Of a stretch of 64,000 nt of DNA, positions 1 through 23,974 are shown one piece after another. Every line of letters starts with the position of its first letter. The stretch's first letter is position 1. The stretch is taken from assembly GCF_009914755.1 (NCBI RefSeq), contig NC_060934.1. The stretch is one strand, 5' to 3'. The stretch comes from the human T2T-CHM13v2.0 reference genome, Homo sapiens. A program made the position numbers and the translations under genes. A model generated the notes under the pieces. The model was not told the DNA's origin, searched no databases, and saw only the letters and a list, made by a program, of their open reading frames with translations.

Positions 1-87
1 GTGATAATCCCATGGAAATCCAGGGTGTTTCTAGCTTCACGATGAACCGGGTCAGCTGGGACTTTCCAGAAAATTAAGACTATTAAA

Positions 88-5882
<5,795 letters not shown>

Positions 5883-6919
5883 CAGTAAATGTTATTATTA
5901 AGGATTAACTGTTAAATTAAGTAAGAGCAAAGAAGTAAGAAGTTCTGCAGAGGATGGGAGAGTTGTGTGTCTTCGGTGACTGCCCCTGAAGGTTTGTCTT
6001 GAGTATTTGGTGTAGTAGATCTGCGTAGACTTGCAAGACACCAAGTTGTCAAAACCACTTTCTGACAGAGAAAATTTTATCCATGATCCTTTTTGTGCAC
6101 CTTATTGCTATTTCCATCACCAGTGAATTTTTACTTTACAATGCTCATTTAGCAAACATTCCTTATTTTGTTTTATGCATTTCACTTAAGAAAAGAATTG
6201 GCCATATGTTCCAAGAAAGAAAAAAAAACCAAAAACCTGTTTTGTACTCCATATGCAAAGCTGCTGTCATAGTCACTGGTTTTGCCAGTGTTTATTGTGT
6301 ATTATGTTTTGCTTCAATTGACATAATTTCATGCTGCATTAGCCAGATAAGAAGGATTTATGGTGAATGATATCAAACAGTTTCAATCAGCAAAGATGCC
6401 AGGTGTGTGGTGGTGGAAAATTGTAATGGGAAGATTCTAACCTTGTTCATAGAGCACGCTAGTTACCCAAAACATTATTTTAACATCTGTTCAAGTCACA
6501 CTCATTAGCAGGCATTTGCAGTATTGTGAATGAAATACTGATTTCCAAAGACAAGGCATTCAACAGTTGCCTGATTTGGAAACCAAATGGTTCCTGTCAA
6601 TTTGCATGATAGTGTCAGTATGGCTGCAAAGGATGCTGTTCTGGTTTGACTGAAAGAGTGGAACCTACTGCAGGATATCTAGAAATCTGGTAGGTTTGGG
6701 GGTCTCCCCCTTCTCTCCACATCCCATTCATCACCAAGTCCAGCAAACTCTTCTACCTGGCCATTCCTTCTCTCTCGCATTTTCTCTGTAAGTCCTGCCC
6801 GGGTTTAGGTCTGCATGGCTCTCACGCCATCGTCCCTGCCTCTAACATTTTCTACTCCAATGGTCTCTTCACATTGCTCCTGCTTGAATAATTTTTTTTC
6901 CAACATACAAATCTGATTA

Positions 6920-7357
6920 CAGGTTGAGGATCCCTAATATAAAAATCTGAAATCTGAAATGCTCTAAAATCAGAATCTTTCTGAGTGTCGACATGACACC
7001 AAAAGTAGAAAATTCCACACATAAGTACTTAACACAAACTTGGTTTCATGCACAAAATTATTTACAATATTGCATAAATTACCTTCAAACTCTGCATATA
7101 AGGTGTATATAAAATGTTAATGAATAATGTTAATGTATAAATCGTATGGATGTATGAATTGTATAAAATGTATGAATAATGTATAAAATTACCTTCAGAC
7201 TCTGTTTCGTTAAAACATTAATTAGTTTCATGTTTAGCTGTGGGTCCTAACCCCAAGATATCTCATTAAGTACATGTAAATATTTCAAAATCTGAAAAAA
7301 TCCGAAATCTGAAGCACTGCTCATCCCAAGCATTTTGAATAAGAGACACTCAACCTG
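6920..7357. mobile_element. Tigger4/MER46-type DNA transposon
   Basis: Terminal inverted repeats CAGGTTGAG...CTCAACCTG with a TA target duplication on both sides. Confidence 0.85.
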
Positions 7358-7579
7358 TATTTTACTTCCCACAACAAAGTTACTCAGTGACTCCCTGCTA
7401 ACCACATGATACAATCTAAACTTCTGGGGTTGGCACACAAAGGCCTTCAGGGTTGCCCCTGCCGTCCTGTGAAGCCTTGCAGGCCCATGTTCCCTTCCAC
7501 AAGCTTCACCCTCCATATTAGGGAACTCTGTGGTTTCCTTTACTCACCCTTCACATTTCTGTTCAATTGCTTTCCTTGG

Positions 7580-9602
<2,023 letters not shown>

Positions 9603-10550
9603 TCAGGAGGCTGAGTCAGCAGAATTGCTTGAACCTGGGAGGCAGAGGTTGCAGTGAGCCAAGATCGTGCCACTGCACTCCAGCCTGGGTGACAGAGTGA
9701 GACTCTGTCTCAAGAAAAAAAAAAAAAAAAGAATTCCCTGACCCTGTTCGGTAAACCTCGGGGCTATTCCCCTCTGTTCCTACTGCACTTTGTACATAGC
9801 TCCAATAATAATACATAAAACATTATATTGTGGCTGGGCACAGTGTCTCACACCTGTAATCCCAACACTTTGGGAGGCCGAGGTGGGCAGATCACTTAAG
9901 GTCAGGGGCTCAAGACCAGCCTGGCAAACATGGCGAAAACCCGTCTCTACTAAAAATATAAAAATTAGTCAGGCGTAGTGGTACGCACCTATACTCGGGA
10001 GGCTGAAGCACAAGAATCACTTGAACCGGGGAGGCGGAGGTTGTAGTGAGCTGAGATCGCATCACTGCACTGCAGCCTGGGTGACAGAGCGAAACTCTGT
10101 CTCAAAAAACAAAAACAAAACCATTATATTTTTACTGGTTATTTAGTATCTCTCTCACCACCAAAATGGTAGCTCTTTGGAAGCAGGGTCTATTTCATTC
10201 ATTTTCATCTTTGAATTCCCAGGGCCTGGCGTGTTGTGGACAGGGAATATCTAATTGTTAAATAAATTTTAAATGGTAAATTAAATCATGTTAATGTAGA
10301 ATTTCACAATAATTTAACTAAAAAGTAACTAAAAGTATCTAAAAAATAGTAGCTATCTTTCATTATGTATTTACTATTTGCCAAGCTTAAAAGTATTAAG
10401 CAAATACTTCATATTTGTTATGCTAGTGTTTTCCAAATTTCAGTGCATACTATTTTCCTTAATTTACTCATTTTTACTAATAATAAATATATTTTAGAAG
10501 AAAAGTTTACATTATTACCACATGTGGAAAACTGGTATCACTTGCCATAA

Positions 10551-10631
10551 ATGGAAATAAAGTAAATCCATATATGGAAATAAAGTAAATCATTAAGGAA
10601 ATAAAGTAAATCATTAATAAATAAAGTAAAT
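10551..10631. repeat. Minisatellite, four copies of a ~21-23 bp unit (core aaataaagtaaat)
   Basis: Core at 10555, 10578, 10599 and 10619. Confidence 0.85.
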
Positions 10632-10756
10632 GTAAACAGTAGTATATTTACTAAATGATTCTCCAATGAGAAAAAAATTATTTAAGATTGGTCAGGCAAG
10701 GTGTGGTGGCTCATGCCTGTAATCTCAGCACTTTGGGAGGCCGGGCGGGCAGATCA

Positions 10757-10999
<243 letters not shown>

Positions 11000-11696
11000 T
11001 CAAAAATAAAACTATTCAGCTCAATTTCACATAGCTGAAGAAAATTTTGAAGATCGACATTAATGAAAATGTTTTAGTTTTGATGTTAACTTGCATCAAG
11101 AATTCTAATTCACGTGCATTCATAATTTGAGAGGTGATTACATATAATTTACTCTTTTGAGAGTTTCTAACCAAAGTGATGTAAGTAACTTTTGTTCAAC
11201 AAATTTAAAAGAAGCCATCTGAAGAGATTGCCAGAAAATGCACTTGTGTCGAGCTATTTGATAATGATGCCCAAAATGATGGGGAAAACATTCCTTATTC
11301 ACTTGAGGCTGCCAATGGGATTGGGAAAACATTTATTAAAATCTTTTTAAAGTTAAGTTATTTGAGTCTTTTTTTAGTTCATCATTTTCTCAGCCAGACT
11401 TTGTGCCTGAGTTTAAAATCAATTTGTTCTCCTAACAAAAGGGACCATGTGCACCTCAATTAAGGAGTGCCCCCGCAGTGATCCAGTTTCATGACCATTA
11501 TGTACTTTTGTCTCTCCTGTGGAATAGGCAGGTCATCAAATAACATCATTTCATTCAACATTATTTTATTATGTGGATGAGAAGAAGAAATTGGTCCTGG
11601 GCCAGAGCCACTGTTTGTGTGGTTTGCCCGTTCTCCCTCTGTCTGCATGCATTCCCTCTGGGTACTCCCGCTTCCTCCCACATCCCAAAGCCATGC

Positions 11697-12060
11697 TGTA
11701 TTAGTCTGTTCTCATGCTGCTAATAAAGATATATCCGAGACTGGGTAATTTATAAAGGAAAGAGGTTTAATGGACTCACAGTTCCACATGGCTGGGGAGG
11801 CCTCACAATCATGGCAGAAGGCAAATGAGCAGCAAAGGCATGTCTTACATGGCAGCAGGTAAGAGAGCATGTGCAGGGGAACTCCCCTTTATAAAACCAT
11901 CAAATCTCATGAGATGTATTCACTATCACGAGAACAGCATGGGAAAGACCTGCCGGTATGATTCAGTTACCTCCCACTGGGTCCCTCCCATGACAAGCGG
12001 GAATTATGGGAGCTACAATTCAAGGTGAGATTTGGGTGGGGACACAGCCAAACTGTATCA
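11697..12060 (-). mobile_element. THE1 (MaLR) solo LTR inside MER6
   Basis: THE1 termini with a perfect CATGC 5-bp TSD (11692-11696 and 12061-12065). Confidence 0.88.
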
Positions 12061-12324
12061 CATGCACCTTAGGTGAATTGTTGTGTCAGATGGTCCCAGT
12101 ATGAGTGAGTGTGGGGGTGTGTGAGTGTGCCCTGTGATGGAATGGAGTCCTGTCTGAGGCTGGGTCCCATCTTGTGCCCTGAGCTGCTTGGATAGACTCC
12201 GGCCACTCTTGACCCTGAATTGGAAATAAGCAGGTAAATAATTATCTTACTTGTTTTTATTGATCTTTCTTAAATGTATGTAGAGCTCACATTTATTTCA
12301 ATGTTTAATATTAGAAGTGCTTTG

Positions 12325-12986
12325 CCTCAGCTAACATCATACTTAATGTGAAAAAATTGAAGGCCTTTCCTCCAAGGATGGGAACAAAACGAGGATGCCC
12401 AGTTTCACCACTGTTATTTAACATAACACTGAAAGTCCTGGCCAAAGCAATAAGGCAAGAGAAAGAAATAGAGGGCGTCCAGTTTGGAAAGGAAGAAATC
12501 AAATTAGCCTTGTTCACAGATGACATGATCTCATGCCTAAAAAAACCTAAAGACGCTACGAAAAAACTGTTAGAACTGATCAGTGAATTCAGCAAAGTTG
12601 CAGAATATAAAATTCATATACAAAAATCAGTAGCAAGGCTAGGCATGATGGTTCACACCTGTAGTCCCAGCTACTCAGGAAGCTAAGGCAGGAGGATCAT
12701 TTGAGGCATGACTTAGAGAACAACCTGGCAACCTAGTGAGACCCTGTCTCTACAAAAAATTTTAAAAATCAGCCAGGTGTAGTGGCACAAATCTGTAGTC
12801 CCAGCTACTCCTGAGGCTGAGTCGGGAGAATTGCTTGAGCCCAGGAGTTGGAGGTTATAGTGAGTTACGATAACATCACTGAACTCCAGCAAGGGCAAAA
12901 GAGCAGCAGATCCTGTCTCTTAAAAAAAAAAAAATTAGTTGCATTTACATGTACCAACAGCAAACACTCTGAAAAAAAAAATCAAC
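12325..12986 (+). mobile_element. Internal L1 ORF2 reverse-transcriptase fragment with an Alu inserted at ~12637-12935
   Basis: The ORF at 12348 has RT motifs [15 protein letters not shown] and LFTDDMI. Confidence 0.88.
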
Positions 12987-13059
12987 ATTAAAGTGTTTTG
13001 GTCTTTACTTAGAAGTGTGGTGATGTTTTTGTGAGCAGAAATATGCCACAAGAACTTAA

Positions 13060-13326
<267 letters not shown>

Positions 13327-13605
13327 TGATCCGCCCACCTCTGCCTCCCAAAGTGCTGCGATTACAGGCGTGAGCCACTGTGCCTGGCCTTCTCTGTGTT
13401 TCTAACAGTGCATAGATTTTACTTCTTGGAGGATAGCTTGAACAGACCAACCAAGTCATCCTGGCTTTAGCCCTATGTGTACTCAACAGGTGACCATCGA
13501 CATAACAATCCACACTAGTGAACTGTTCCCACTGCATGATGCTCTTACATGTGTGAAGAATTATGGCACAAAATTCAGTTACTGAAGGTTTAAATGTATC
13601 ATTCA

Positions 13606-14080
13606 TGGTAGGCAGAATCACGACCCCATGAAGATGTCCATGTGTGAATCCCCAGAACCTCAGAATCTTACATGGACAAAGGGACTTTGCAATGTGATTA
13701 AAGTTAAGGACCTTGAGATGGGAGATTATCCTGGATTATCTTAGTGAGCCCAAGCTAATCTCATGTGCCCTTAAAAGTTGAGAACCAGCCAGGCACAGTG
13801 GCTCATGCCTGTAATTCCAACAATTTGGGAGGCCAAGGCAGGAGGATTGAAGGATCACTTGAGGCCAGGAAGCAGAGGCTGCAGTGAGCTATTATTGTGC
13901 CACTGCACCCTAGCCTGGGTGACAGAGCAAAACCTTATTTCAAAAAAAAAAAAAAAAAAAAAAAAAAAAGAAGGAGGAGGAGGAAAAGAAAAATGAAAAA
14001 TAAGTTGAGATCCTTTCCCACCTGTGGTCCAAGAGAGATGTGACAAGGAAAGAAGGGTCAGAGACATGCAACTATGAGAT
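13606..14080 (+). mobile_element. MLT1-type MaLR LTR fragment with an Alu-derived insert
   Basis: ggtaggcagaat...gggactttgcaatgtgattaaagttaaggaccttgagatgggagattatcctggattatc. Confidence 0.7.
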
Positions 14081-14245
14081 TTTATCAAGAGTGTTTCGAT
14101 TTCTAACTGGTTATTACCAAATTATTACCAAGTAAGATAAAGGAATTAAACCAATAGTAACAACCATCCCCAATTCCTCTGAAGTTGTTTAAGAGGAAGC
14201 AAGCCAATTAAAGCTAATGTAACAGCTTTAGAGGGAATAGACTGA

Positions 14246-14659
<414 letters not shown>

Positions 14660-14956
14660 TAGTAAAAAGCTGCTTAACATGGGACATTCCTTAGAAGCCA
14701 AAGAGAAGAACTTTCTCTCTCTCATACACTAACAGTTGAATAAACATTTATTTCCCTCCTAATCCCTTAAATCAATGTGCCAGCAGAATCAGAACAGTCA
14801 AGACATGGACCGGAAGAAGTCATTAAAATCCTCAGCTGTCTGGGCGTGGTGGCTCACGCCTGTAATCCCAGCACTTTGGGAGGTCGAGGCTGGTGGATCA
14901 CGAGGTCAGGAGATCGAGACCATCCTGGTTAACACGGTGAAACCCCGTCTCTACTA

Positions 14957-15270
<314 letters not shown>

Positions 15271-15381
15271 TCAACAAATTGGCCTTTTTCCTTTCCTAAG
15301 GGCTTAGTGCTGACGTTGATACATTTGATACATGTAACTACATTAGGGAAAATTAAAGCAGGCTGTGTTTAATTCTGGCTA

Positions 15382-16048
<667 letters not shown>

Positions 16049-16641
16049 TAGCTGAAAGGACAGATGTGGAGGCTGAGTGTGGTGGCTCACATCTGTAATC
16101 CCAGCACTTTGAGAGGCCAAGGCAGGAGGATTGCTTGAGGCCAGGAGTTCAAGACCACCCTGGCCAACAGAGAGAGACTTGTGGAGGGTCACATGGGTAG
16201 AGGTGAGGGAGCTGAGCAGAGTCATGAAGTAGGAATACTGAGTTGTGCTGGGATACAGCTGCAACTGGAAACCACCGATGTGAGATGTGGGTACATCATC
16301 AGTCAAGGCAAGAAGCTGCTCTACCCAAACAGCCTCACACCTCTGAGGAGTGCGGCAACTGTGGATATTTTACAGACATCACGAGATGCTGATGTTCCGT
16401 AGTCATGACAGTTTTGAAATTGTTGCTGACTTATTTAATGCCATTTTGAGTCTTTTGTTACCTGTTTGATGTGCGTCTCCAACATTTTACAAGTCAAAAC
16501 TGGGCTGCAATGACAAAAATGTTGGAAAAATTAAGGGACTAACTTGTTACAAGGGGCATTTGCATGAAATCCCCTAGGTAATGTCTAGAGTTGGGGTGGA
16601 AAGGACCAGGAGTCTATGAATGAGGGAGGTAAGTTGGTGTA

Positions 16642-17212
16642 TGTATTAGTGAGGGTTCTCTAAAGGGACAGAACTAATAGAATAGATGTATATATGAAAG
16701 GGAGCATATTCAGGAGAATTGACTCACGTGATCACAAGGTAAAGTCCCATGATAGGCCGTCTGCAAGTTGAGGAGCAAGGAGCCAGTGGTGGATCAGTGC
16801 ACATCCCAAAACCTCAAAAGTAGGGAAGCCATCAGTGCAGCTTTCGGTCTGTGGCCAAAGGCCCGAGAGTCCCTGGCAAACCACTGGTGTAAGTCCAAGA
16901 GTCCAAAAGCTGAGGAACTTGGAGTCTGATGGGCAGGAACTTGGAGTCTGTGGGAAGGAAGCATCCAGCGTGGGAGAAAGATGAAGGCTTGAAGACTCAG
17001 CCAGTCTGCTTTTCCATCTTCTTCCTGCTTTTATTCTAGCCACACTGGCAACTGATTAGGTGGTGCCCACCCAGATAGAGGGTTGGTCTGCCTCTCTCAG
17101 TCCACTAACTCAAATGTTAATGTCCTTTGGTAAAACCCTCACAGACACACCCAGGAACAATACTTTGCATCCTCCAATCCAATCAAGTTGACAATCAGTA
17201 TTAACCATCATA
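16642..17212 (-). mobile_element. MLT2A-type (HERV-L) solo LTR
   Basis: tgtattagtgagggttctctaaagggacagaactaatag ... cagtattaaccatca; near-TSD gtgta/gtgca. Confidence 0.85.
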
Positions 17213-18578
17213 GTGCAGTACTGTCAGATGGTGTAATGACAGTGTAATAAGAAGTGAAGAGAAGGTAAACACTGCTGGCCAGTCCCTTAATTTAACCCAT
17301 TTTCCGTTAAGGGAAAAAAAAAAAAATCTCAGCTCACTGCCGGCGCTCATTTCTCAGGGCAAACAGGAAATGGATTAAGAAATGGAACAAGAGATGTTAG
17401 TGAATCAGAGAGAAAAAAGTTTTTCTCTTTGGCTTCTAAGGAGTGCCCCCATACTAAGTAGCCCCCCAACTTTTTTTTTTTTTTTTTTTTTTTTGAGACG
17501 GCGTCTCGCTCTGTCACCCAGGCTGGAGTGCAGTGGTGCAATCTCAGCTCACTACAGTGTCTGCCTCCAAGGTTCAAGCAATTCTTCTGCCTCAGCCTCC
17601 TGAGTAGCTGAGACTACGGGCACGCACCACTAATTTTTGAATTTTTTGTTAGATACAGGGTTTCACCGTGTTTCCAAGGCTGGTCTCGAACTCCTGATCT
17701 CAGTCAATCTGCCTGCCTTGGCCTCCTAAAGTGCTGGGATTACAGGCATGAGCCACCATGCCTGTAAATAAAAATAAAAAGTAGCTTTTTATTAAGTCAA
17801 AAGCTTTGATGGTACAGTATAGGACAGAGAGAAGAGAGCAATCCTGGAAGGTGAGATGCTGGTGAAATGGATTGTTCAGTGGGTCCGGGTGGCCATAAAA
17901 TACATGTTCCCCAGAATTTGCAGAAATCATGAGGAAGTCTTTGATATGAAGCAAATGTGTGATGCAGAATTACGGTTTATGCACTGCTCAAACAACAGAG
18001 TGAGTGTCCTCAGCTGGCCCTTTGGGTTATTCTACAAAAGCAGTCCATTTTCCATTTAGTAGTTTATTTCTATATCCATCCACATAAATAACCAGTTTCT
18101 CTCTCTCTCTCTTCTTTTTTTTTTTTTTTAAACTTCTCTGGTAGAATCTATGTATTAACCAGATCATTCTTTCTACCTTTGAGATGTTTGTCATCCAAGT
18201 GTATCAAATACAGTGTATATATTTTTCCTCATCTCAATGCCTTCCTTTTCATATTGCTTAATTTTGTCCGTTTTTGTATTTTTGTAGTGTGTATGTCTCT
18301 CAGCCCATAATCTCAGATGTCCAAGAAATATTATTTTATTCTTTTACAACCCATTTTTTATTGTTGTTGCTGTTGTTTGGGACTCATGCTTGCTGAGCAG
18401 GTGGAAAAGAAATTGCAGCCATTTTTATGGTTGTATCATAAGTCATAGCCAGACGTGGTGGCATGTGCCTCCCAGTTACTCAGGAGGCTGAGACAGGAGG
18501 ACTGCTTGAGCTTAGGAGCATGAGACTGCAATGAGCTATGACAGCACCACTGCACTCCAACATGGGCAGCAGAGTTAG

Positions 18579-18716
<138 letters not shown>

Positions 18717-19464
18717 TGAGTAGCTGGAATTACAGGCATGTGCCACCACGCCCTGGCTAATTTTGCATTTTTAGTAGATAATTTTGTATTTTTAGTAGAG
18801 ATGGGGTTTCTCCATGTTGATCAGGATTACAGATGTGAGCCACTGCACCCGGCCGAGACCCCATCTTTAAAAACAAAAACTAGGCTTGGCACGGTGGCTC
18901 ACGCTTGTAATCCCAGTACTTTGAGAGGCCGAGGCGGGAGGATCACAAGGTCAGGAGCTCGAGACCAGCCTGGCCAACATGGTGAAACTCTGCCTCCACT
19001 AAAAATACAAAAATTAGCTGGGCGTGGTGGCGGGTGCCTGTAATCCCAGCTACTCAGGAGGCTGAGTCAGCAGAATTGCTTGAACCTGGGAGGCAGAGGT
19101 TGCAGTGAGCCAAGATCATGCTACTGCACTCCAGCCTGGGTGACAGAGCTAGACTCCGTCTCAAAAGAAAACAAACAAACAAAAAAAACAGTCTTAGGGC
19201 TTATTATAAAGTGTAAAAAGGTTTTGGGTGGAGTCTGTCTGGTCCTCAAGTCACTCACCCATGCAGGAGGACCCGAGAGGTCCACTGTTTCCCTCCATGT
19301 GGCCTTTTCAGCCCTGGCAGCTCTCTGAAGTTTTCACGTCTCACTGGTAACCAGGACTCAGCCTGGGCTGCCTTTGGTCCTGTCTGCATTGGTGCAGACT
19401 GCAGCCACGTCTCTCAGAGTTTGCTTCTCCTCTGGCCTGCTGTCAGGAGCTGGAGCCCAGATAC

Positions 19465-20118
19465 TGTAACTGCCCAGTGGGTTCACCTTGCCCGCTGCCT
19501 AGACAGAGCCGATTTATCAAGACAGGGGAATTGTAATAGAGAAAGAGTAATTCACGCAGAGCCGGCTGTGGGAGACCAGAGTTTTATTATTACTCAAATC
19601 AGTCTCCCCGAACATTTGGGGATCAGAGATTTTAAAGATAATTTGGGAAGTGGCGAGTGCTGATTGGTCAGGTTGGAGATGGAATCATAGGGGGTCGAAG
19701 AGAGTTTTTCTTGCTGTTTTCTGTTCCTGGGTGAGATGGCAGAACTGGTTGAGCCAGATTACCCGTCTGGGTGGTGTCAGCTGATCCACTGAGTGCAGGG
19801 TCTGCCAAAATATCTCAAGCACTGATCTTAGGTTTTTCAATAGTGATGTTATCCCCAGGAACCATTTGGGAAGGTTCAGACTCTTGGAACCAGAGGCTGC
19901 ATGACCCCTACACTGTACTTTCTAATCTTGTACCTAATTTGTTAGTACTGCAAGGTGGACTGGTCCCCAGGCAAGAAGGGGGTCTTTCTGGGAAAGGGCT
20001 ATTATCAGTTTTGCTTCAGAGTCAAACCATGAACTGAATCCCTTCCCAAAGTTAGCTCAGCCCATGCCCAGGAATGAACAAGGACAGCTTAAAAGTTAGA
20101 AACAAGATGGAGTCGGTT
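19465..20118 (-). mobile_element. LTR8-like ERV1 LTR, truncated at 20118
   Basis: The start tgtaactgcccagtgggttcaccttgcccgctgcctagacagagccgatttatcaagacagggg matches the remembered LTR8 end; the other terminus is missing. Confidence 0.75.
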
Positions 20119-20148
20119 CAGCAGAGTTAGACCCCATCTTCATCATCA

Positions 20149-20188
<40 letters not shown>

Positions 20189-20846
20189 TATTTCCAGATG
20201 GAGTTTCACTCTTGTTGCCCAGGCTGGAGTCCAATGGTGTAATCTCGGCTCACCGTAATCTCTGCCTCCCAGTTCAAGTGATTCTCCTGCCTCAGCCTCC
20301 TGAATAGCTGAGATTACAGGCGCATACCACCATGCTCAGCTAATTTTTGTATTTTTAGTAGAGATGGGGTTTTGCCATGTTGGCCAGACTAGTCTCCAAC
20401 TCCAGACCTCAGGTGATCCGCCCACCTCGGCCTCCCAAAGTGCTGGGATTACAGGAATGAGCCACCACATCCGGCCAGATTAATGATTTTAGATCTTTCT
20501 TCTTTTCTAATATAAGTGTTTAATGTTACAAGGTTTCCTGTAAGCATAGCTGTACCTATACCCCACACATTTTTATATATTGTATTTTCATTTAATTTAT
20601 CTCAAATATCATTTGTAATTTTTTTCATTGGTGCATGAGTTATTTCAAAGTCTATTGTTTAGTTTCCAAATATTTGAGAGATTTTCCAGGTATATTTATG
20701 TTACTGATTTGGCATATAATTCCACTGTGATCAGAAAACATACTTTCATTTCTTTCTTTCAAATTTATTGAGACATATTATGGCCTAGAATATGACCTTC
20801 TTTGATCTATTTTCCATGTGCACTTGAATGCGTATTGTGGTGTTTT

Positions 20847-21363
<517 letters not shown>

Positions 21364-21445
21364 TGCTGTTTTGTGGTGGAGTGTTATGTAAATGCCAATT
21401 AGGGCATGTTGGTTGACAGTGTTGTTCAAACCTTAAATATCCTTA

Positions 21446-23516
21446 CAATAGAGGAGTTATTAATAAATTATTTTAGGCAGTTAGTGAGGGTAAAAGAGTT
21501 CTTGGTAGAATTTTCCTTTAATAAAAAGCAGCCCCAAAACCACTTCTTTTCTAACAGAAAGCAGCCTGAAAAGTCAAGCTGCAAGCAAGCTGGAAGCTTG
21601 AGTATGTAAATGCCAGCAGCTGTACCTGGAATCCAGGTACATTCCAACATGCAGACTTCTCCCTCCCTTTTCTTTGTTACCACGAAGTATATGGGTGTCA
21701 CCAACCAGGTAAAGCCACATGTGCAGGTGTCATGGCAACAGCCAGGTAGAAGCCACATTTACACAATGAAAGATTAGGGTGGGAGGGCTAGTTCCTTTGT
21801 GGACTATGTAAATGGCACACCTGGTTAAATGAATCCCCTGGGCCCTATGTAAATCAGTCACTGCCTTCTCAAGCCTCTCTACAAAATTGATCAAATCCCA
21901 CCCCAAACCTGGAAACCCTCTCTTGGGTGACCCACTTTCTCAGCTTGAGGAAGATTTCTCTCTCTCTCTCTCTCTTTTTTTTTTTTTTTTTTTTAGTATT
22001 TATTGATCATTCTTGGGTGTTTCTCGGAGAGGGGGATTTGGCAGGGTCATAGGACAATAGTGGAGGGAAGGTCAGCAGATAAACATGTGAACAAGGGTCT
22101 CTGGTTTTCCTAGGCAGAGGACCCTGCGGCCTTCCGCAGTGTTTGTGTCCCTGGGTACTTGAGATTAGGGAGTGGTGATGACTCTTCACGAGCATGCTGC
22201 CTTCAAGCATCTGTTTAACAAAGCACATCTTGCACCGCCCTTAATCCATTTAACCCTGAGTGGACACAGCACACGTTTCAGAGAGCACGGGGCTGGGGGT
22301 AAGGTTATAGATTAACAGCATCCCAAGGCAGAAGAATTTTTCTTAGTACAGAACAAAATGAAAAGTCTCCCATGTCTACTTCTTTCTACACAGACACAGT
22401 AACAATCTGATCTCTCTTTCTTTTCCCCACATTTCCCTCTTTTCTATTCGACAAAACCGCCACCGTCATCATGGCCCGTTCTCCATGAGCTGTTGGGTAC
22501 ACCTCCCGGACGGGGTGGCGGCCGGGCAGAGGGGCTCCTCACTTACCAGACGGGGCGGCCGGGCAGAGGCGCCCCCCACGTCCCAAACAGGGCGGTGGCC
22601 GGGCGGAGGCGCCCCCCACCTCCCTCCCGGAAGGGGCGGCTGGCCGGGCGGGGGCTGCCCTCCACCTCCTGGACTGGGAGGCTGCCAGGCGGAGACGCTC
22701 CTCACTTCCCAGACGGGGCGGCTGCCGGGCGGAGGCGCTCCTCACATCCCAGATGGGGCGGCCAGGCAGAGGTGCTCCCCACATCTCAGACGATGGGCGG
22801 CCGGGCAGAGACGCTCCTCACTTCCTAGACGGGATGGCGGCCGGGAAGAGGTGCTCCTCACTTCCCAGACTGGGCGGCCGGGCAGAGGGGCTCCTCACAT
22901 CTCAGACGATGGGCAGCCAGGCAGAGATGCTCCTCACTTCCCAGACGCGGTGGCGGCCGGGCAGAGGCTGCAATCTCGGCACTTCAGGAGGCCAAGGCGG
23001 GTGGCTGGGAGGTGGAGGTTGTAGCGAGCCGAGATCACGCCACTGCACTCCAGCCTGGGCAAGATTGAGCACTGAGTGAGCGAGACTCCGTCTGCAATCC
23101 TGGCACCTCGGGAGGCCGAGGCGGGCAGATCACTCGCGTTCAGGAGCTGGAGACCAGCCGGGCCAACACGGCGAAACCCCGTCTCCACCAAAAAATGCAA
23201 AAACCAGTCAGGCGTGGCGGCGCGCGCCTGCAATCCCAGGCACTCGGCAGGCTGAGGCAGGAGAATCAGGGAGGTTGCAGTGAGCCGAGATGGCGGCAGT
23301 ACAGTCGAGCCTCCGCTTTCACAACTTTGGTGGCATCAGAGGGAGACCGGGGAGAGGGAGAGGGAGAGGGGGAGGGGGAAGGGGAGGGGGAGGTCTCTTC
23401 TTTTTTGTCTATTAAACTCTCCGCTCCTAAACTCCTTATGTGTGTCTGTGTCTTTAATCTTCTTGGTGCGAGATATCAAACCCCGGGTGTTTACCCCAGA
23501 CAATGGAGCTGCTTCA
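21446..23516 (+). mobile_element. ERV1 solo LTR (MER61-like) interrupted by the SVA
   Basis: Begins ..ggagttattaataaattattttaggcag, ends ..ccccagacaatggagctgcttca; CTTA 4-bp TSD at 21442-21445 and 23517-23520; ATTAAA at ~23411. Confidence 0.7.
21975..23393 (-). mobile_element. SVA retrotransposon (~1.4 kb, subfamily not assigned)
   Basis: On the plus strand: polyT tail 21975-21994, SINE-R ~21995-22470, GC-rich VNTR ~22480-22970, Alu-like domain ~22970-23340 and (GGGAGA)n hexamer ~23350-23393. Confidence 0.95.
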
Positions 23517-23635
23517 CTTATTGATTTTTTTATGTATTTGTTTTATAATTGCTTAGATTGGAGTGCTGAAATCTGCAACTGTGATGGAGAATTGACTCAC
23601 TTATCCTTTCAGTTCTATCAGTGTTTGCTTCATGT

Positions 23636-23974
23636 AGAGATATTCCTCAGAAATACTGTGGGTTTGGTTCCAGACACTGTAATAAAGCAAATCACAAAAA
23701 ATTTTTGGTTCCCCAGTGCATACAAAGTTATGTTTACACTATACTGTAGTCTAGTATGTGCAATAGTATTATGTCTTTAAAAACTATGTACATATGTTCA
23801 AAATACTTTACTGCCAAAAAATTTGACACAGAGGCACAAAGTGAGTACAAGCTGTTGGAAAAATGGTGCTGATATACTTACTCAACACACGGTTGCCACA
23901 AACCTTCAATTTGTAAAAAATACAAAATCTGTGAAGTGCAATTAAGTAAAACACAATAAAATGAGGTACGCCTA
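23636..23974 (-). mobile_element. Internally deleted Tigger1-like DNA transposon
   Basis: Contains both remembered Tigger1 ends (..ggttccagacactgtaataaagc and ..gttgccacaaaccttcaatttgtaaaa..aaaatgaggtacgcct). Confidence 0.7.

Noticed and set aside
10551-10631. CRISPR-like repeat-spacer array
   Set aside because: Primate DNA; the short AT-rich units with related spacers are a slippage minisatellite.
21620-21660. p53 response element in the MER61-like LTR
   Set aside because: The expected region (caggtacattccaacatgcag) has no two intact RRRCWWGYYY half-sites, and the family call itself is uncertain.
22485-23024. 179-aa GC-rich ORF and apparent CpG island
   Set aside because: This is the SVA VNTR, not a gene or gene promoter.
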